Positions 14,915 to 15,432 of a stretch of 15,432 nucleotides of DNA are shown in pieces. This DNA is from Thermoplasmata archaeon (GTDB lineage Archaea > Thermoplasmatota > Thermoplasmata > RBG-16-68-12 > JAGMCJ01), in contig JAGMCJ010000194.1 of the NCBI GenBank assembly GCA_023129265.1, forward strand, positions 1 to 15,432, written 5' to 3'. A program made the translations under genes and the position numbers. Position 1 is the first letter of the stretch, and the number at the start of each line of letters is the position of its first letter. Below the pieces are notes generated by a model, which saw only the letters and a program-made list of their open reading frames with translations, was not told the DNA's origin and made no database searches.

Positions 14915-15205
14915 CTACACTTGGGAAATCTTGGATCTCCCCTGAAGACTGATCTTGTAGGGCATCCTTAGGATCTTCAAAACGTAGCTGGCTCGGTTCA
15001 AGGCTTCGAGCATCTTCATGACCCGGCTCAAGTCACCGATATCGAACTCCTTCTCTGATAGCGGATAGACGAGCCTGTCCCCCCGAACCCTCCAACCGTA
15101 GGGACGTGTTGCGGAAACGACAGACCGCGGTGGATTCTTCGCTCCCTCAACCCTCAACTCTAGATAGGCGCCAGATATCATGATTTCAGCCATTATGTAG
15201 AGCAT
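14915..15205 (-). CDS. Small uncharacterised protein
   Basis: 96-aa ORF (MLYIMAEIMISGAYLELRVEGAKNPPRSVVSATRPYGWRVRGDRLVYPLSEKEFDIGDLSRVMKMLEALNRASYVLKILRMPYKISLQGRSKISQV), convergent with and exactly abutting pheS; no competing frame. Confidence 0.6.
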   Translation of the reverse strand: MLYIMAEIMISGAYLELRVEGAKNPPRSVVSATRPYGWRVRGDRLVYPLSEKEFDIGDLSRVMKMLEALNRASYVLKILRMPYKISLQGRSKISQV

Positions 15206-15233
15206 TCTGAGTTGTTAAGCCACTTTCGTCAAA

Positions 15234-15251
15234 ATTATCATCCATGATAAT
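15234..15251. repeat. Perfect inverted repeat ATTATCA-tcca-TGATAAT in a divergent intergenic region
   Basis: 7-bp arms with a 4-nt spacer, between the small minus-strand ORF and the TPR gene; possible operator. Confidence 0.5.
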
Positions 15252-15272
15252 CTCGTTTCCGACTCCTGACCA

Positions 15273-15282
15273 AACTTTTATC
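15273..15282 (+). promoter_or_regulatory. Candidate TATA box for the TPR gene
   Basis: CCAAACTTTTATCTCG about 37-46 nt upstream of ATG 15319. Confidence 0.45.
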
Positions 15283-15318
15283 TCGGTGTTGTCAATACGA
15301 CATTCGAGAGGACTGCTC

Positions 15319-15432
15319 ATGAAGGAAGCTGAGGAAGAAATCGCCGACGGCGAGAGGCTATTGGGGATGTACCAGTACGATGATGCCCTCAAGCATTTCA
15401 ACAAGGCAATGAAGATGGACCCGAAGAACGCG
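15319..15432 (+). CDS. TPR-repeat protein, N-terminal part (partial, runs off window)
   Basis: MKEAEEEIADGERLLGMYQYDDALKHFNKAMKMDPKNA, a TPR consensus; GAGAGG Shine-Dalgarno; frame stays open to the window end. Confidence 0.8.
   Translation, partial: MKEAEEEIADGERLLGMYQYDDALKHFNKAMKMDPKNA

Overview
Archaeal chromosomal segment, probably from an uncultivated euryarchaeal or Thermoplasmatota-like genome (lineage is inference). The most notable feature is a compact minus-strand cluster at 9870..12123. It encodes an E1-like adenylating enzyme, a beta-grasp ubiquitin-like protein ending exactly in Gly-Gly, an E2 ubiquitin-conjugating-like enzyme with HPN and catalytic Cys motifs, and a JAMM/Rpn11-like isopeptidase. 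This is a eukaryote-like or Bil-like protein-conjugation system with no recognisable E3 in the window. Other content: a minus-strand eL18-uL13-uS9-RpoN ribosomal/RNA polymerase operon followed by a tRNA-Pro(GGG) gene interrupted by a 29-nt bulge-helix-bulge intron in the T-loop (59/60); a very large secreted Asp-box/LTD/VWA/FN3 protein followed by a CARDB-type secreted protein running off the left edge; a CoA-binding-fold gene apparently broken by two 1-nt homopolymer indels; endonuclease IV-like and 6-phospho-3-hexuloisomerase genes; tryptophanyl-tRNA synthetase and PheRS alpha genes; a small uncharacterised ORF; and the start of a TPR protein. All calls come from reading the sequence and motifs. 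No searches were run.
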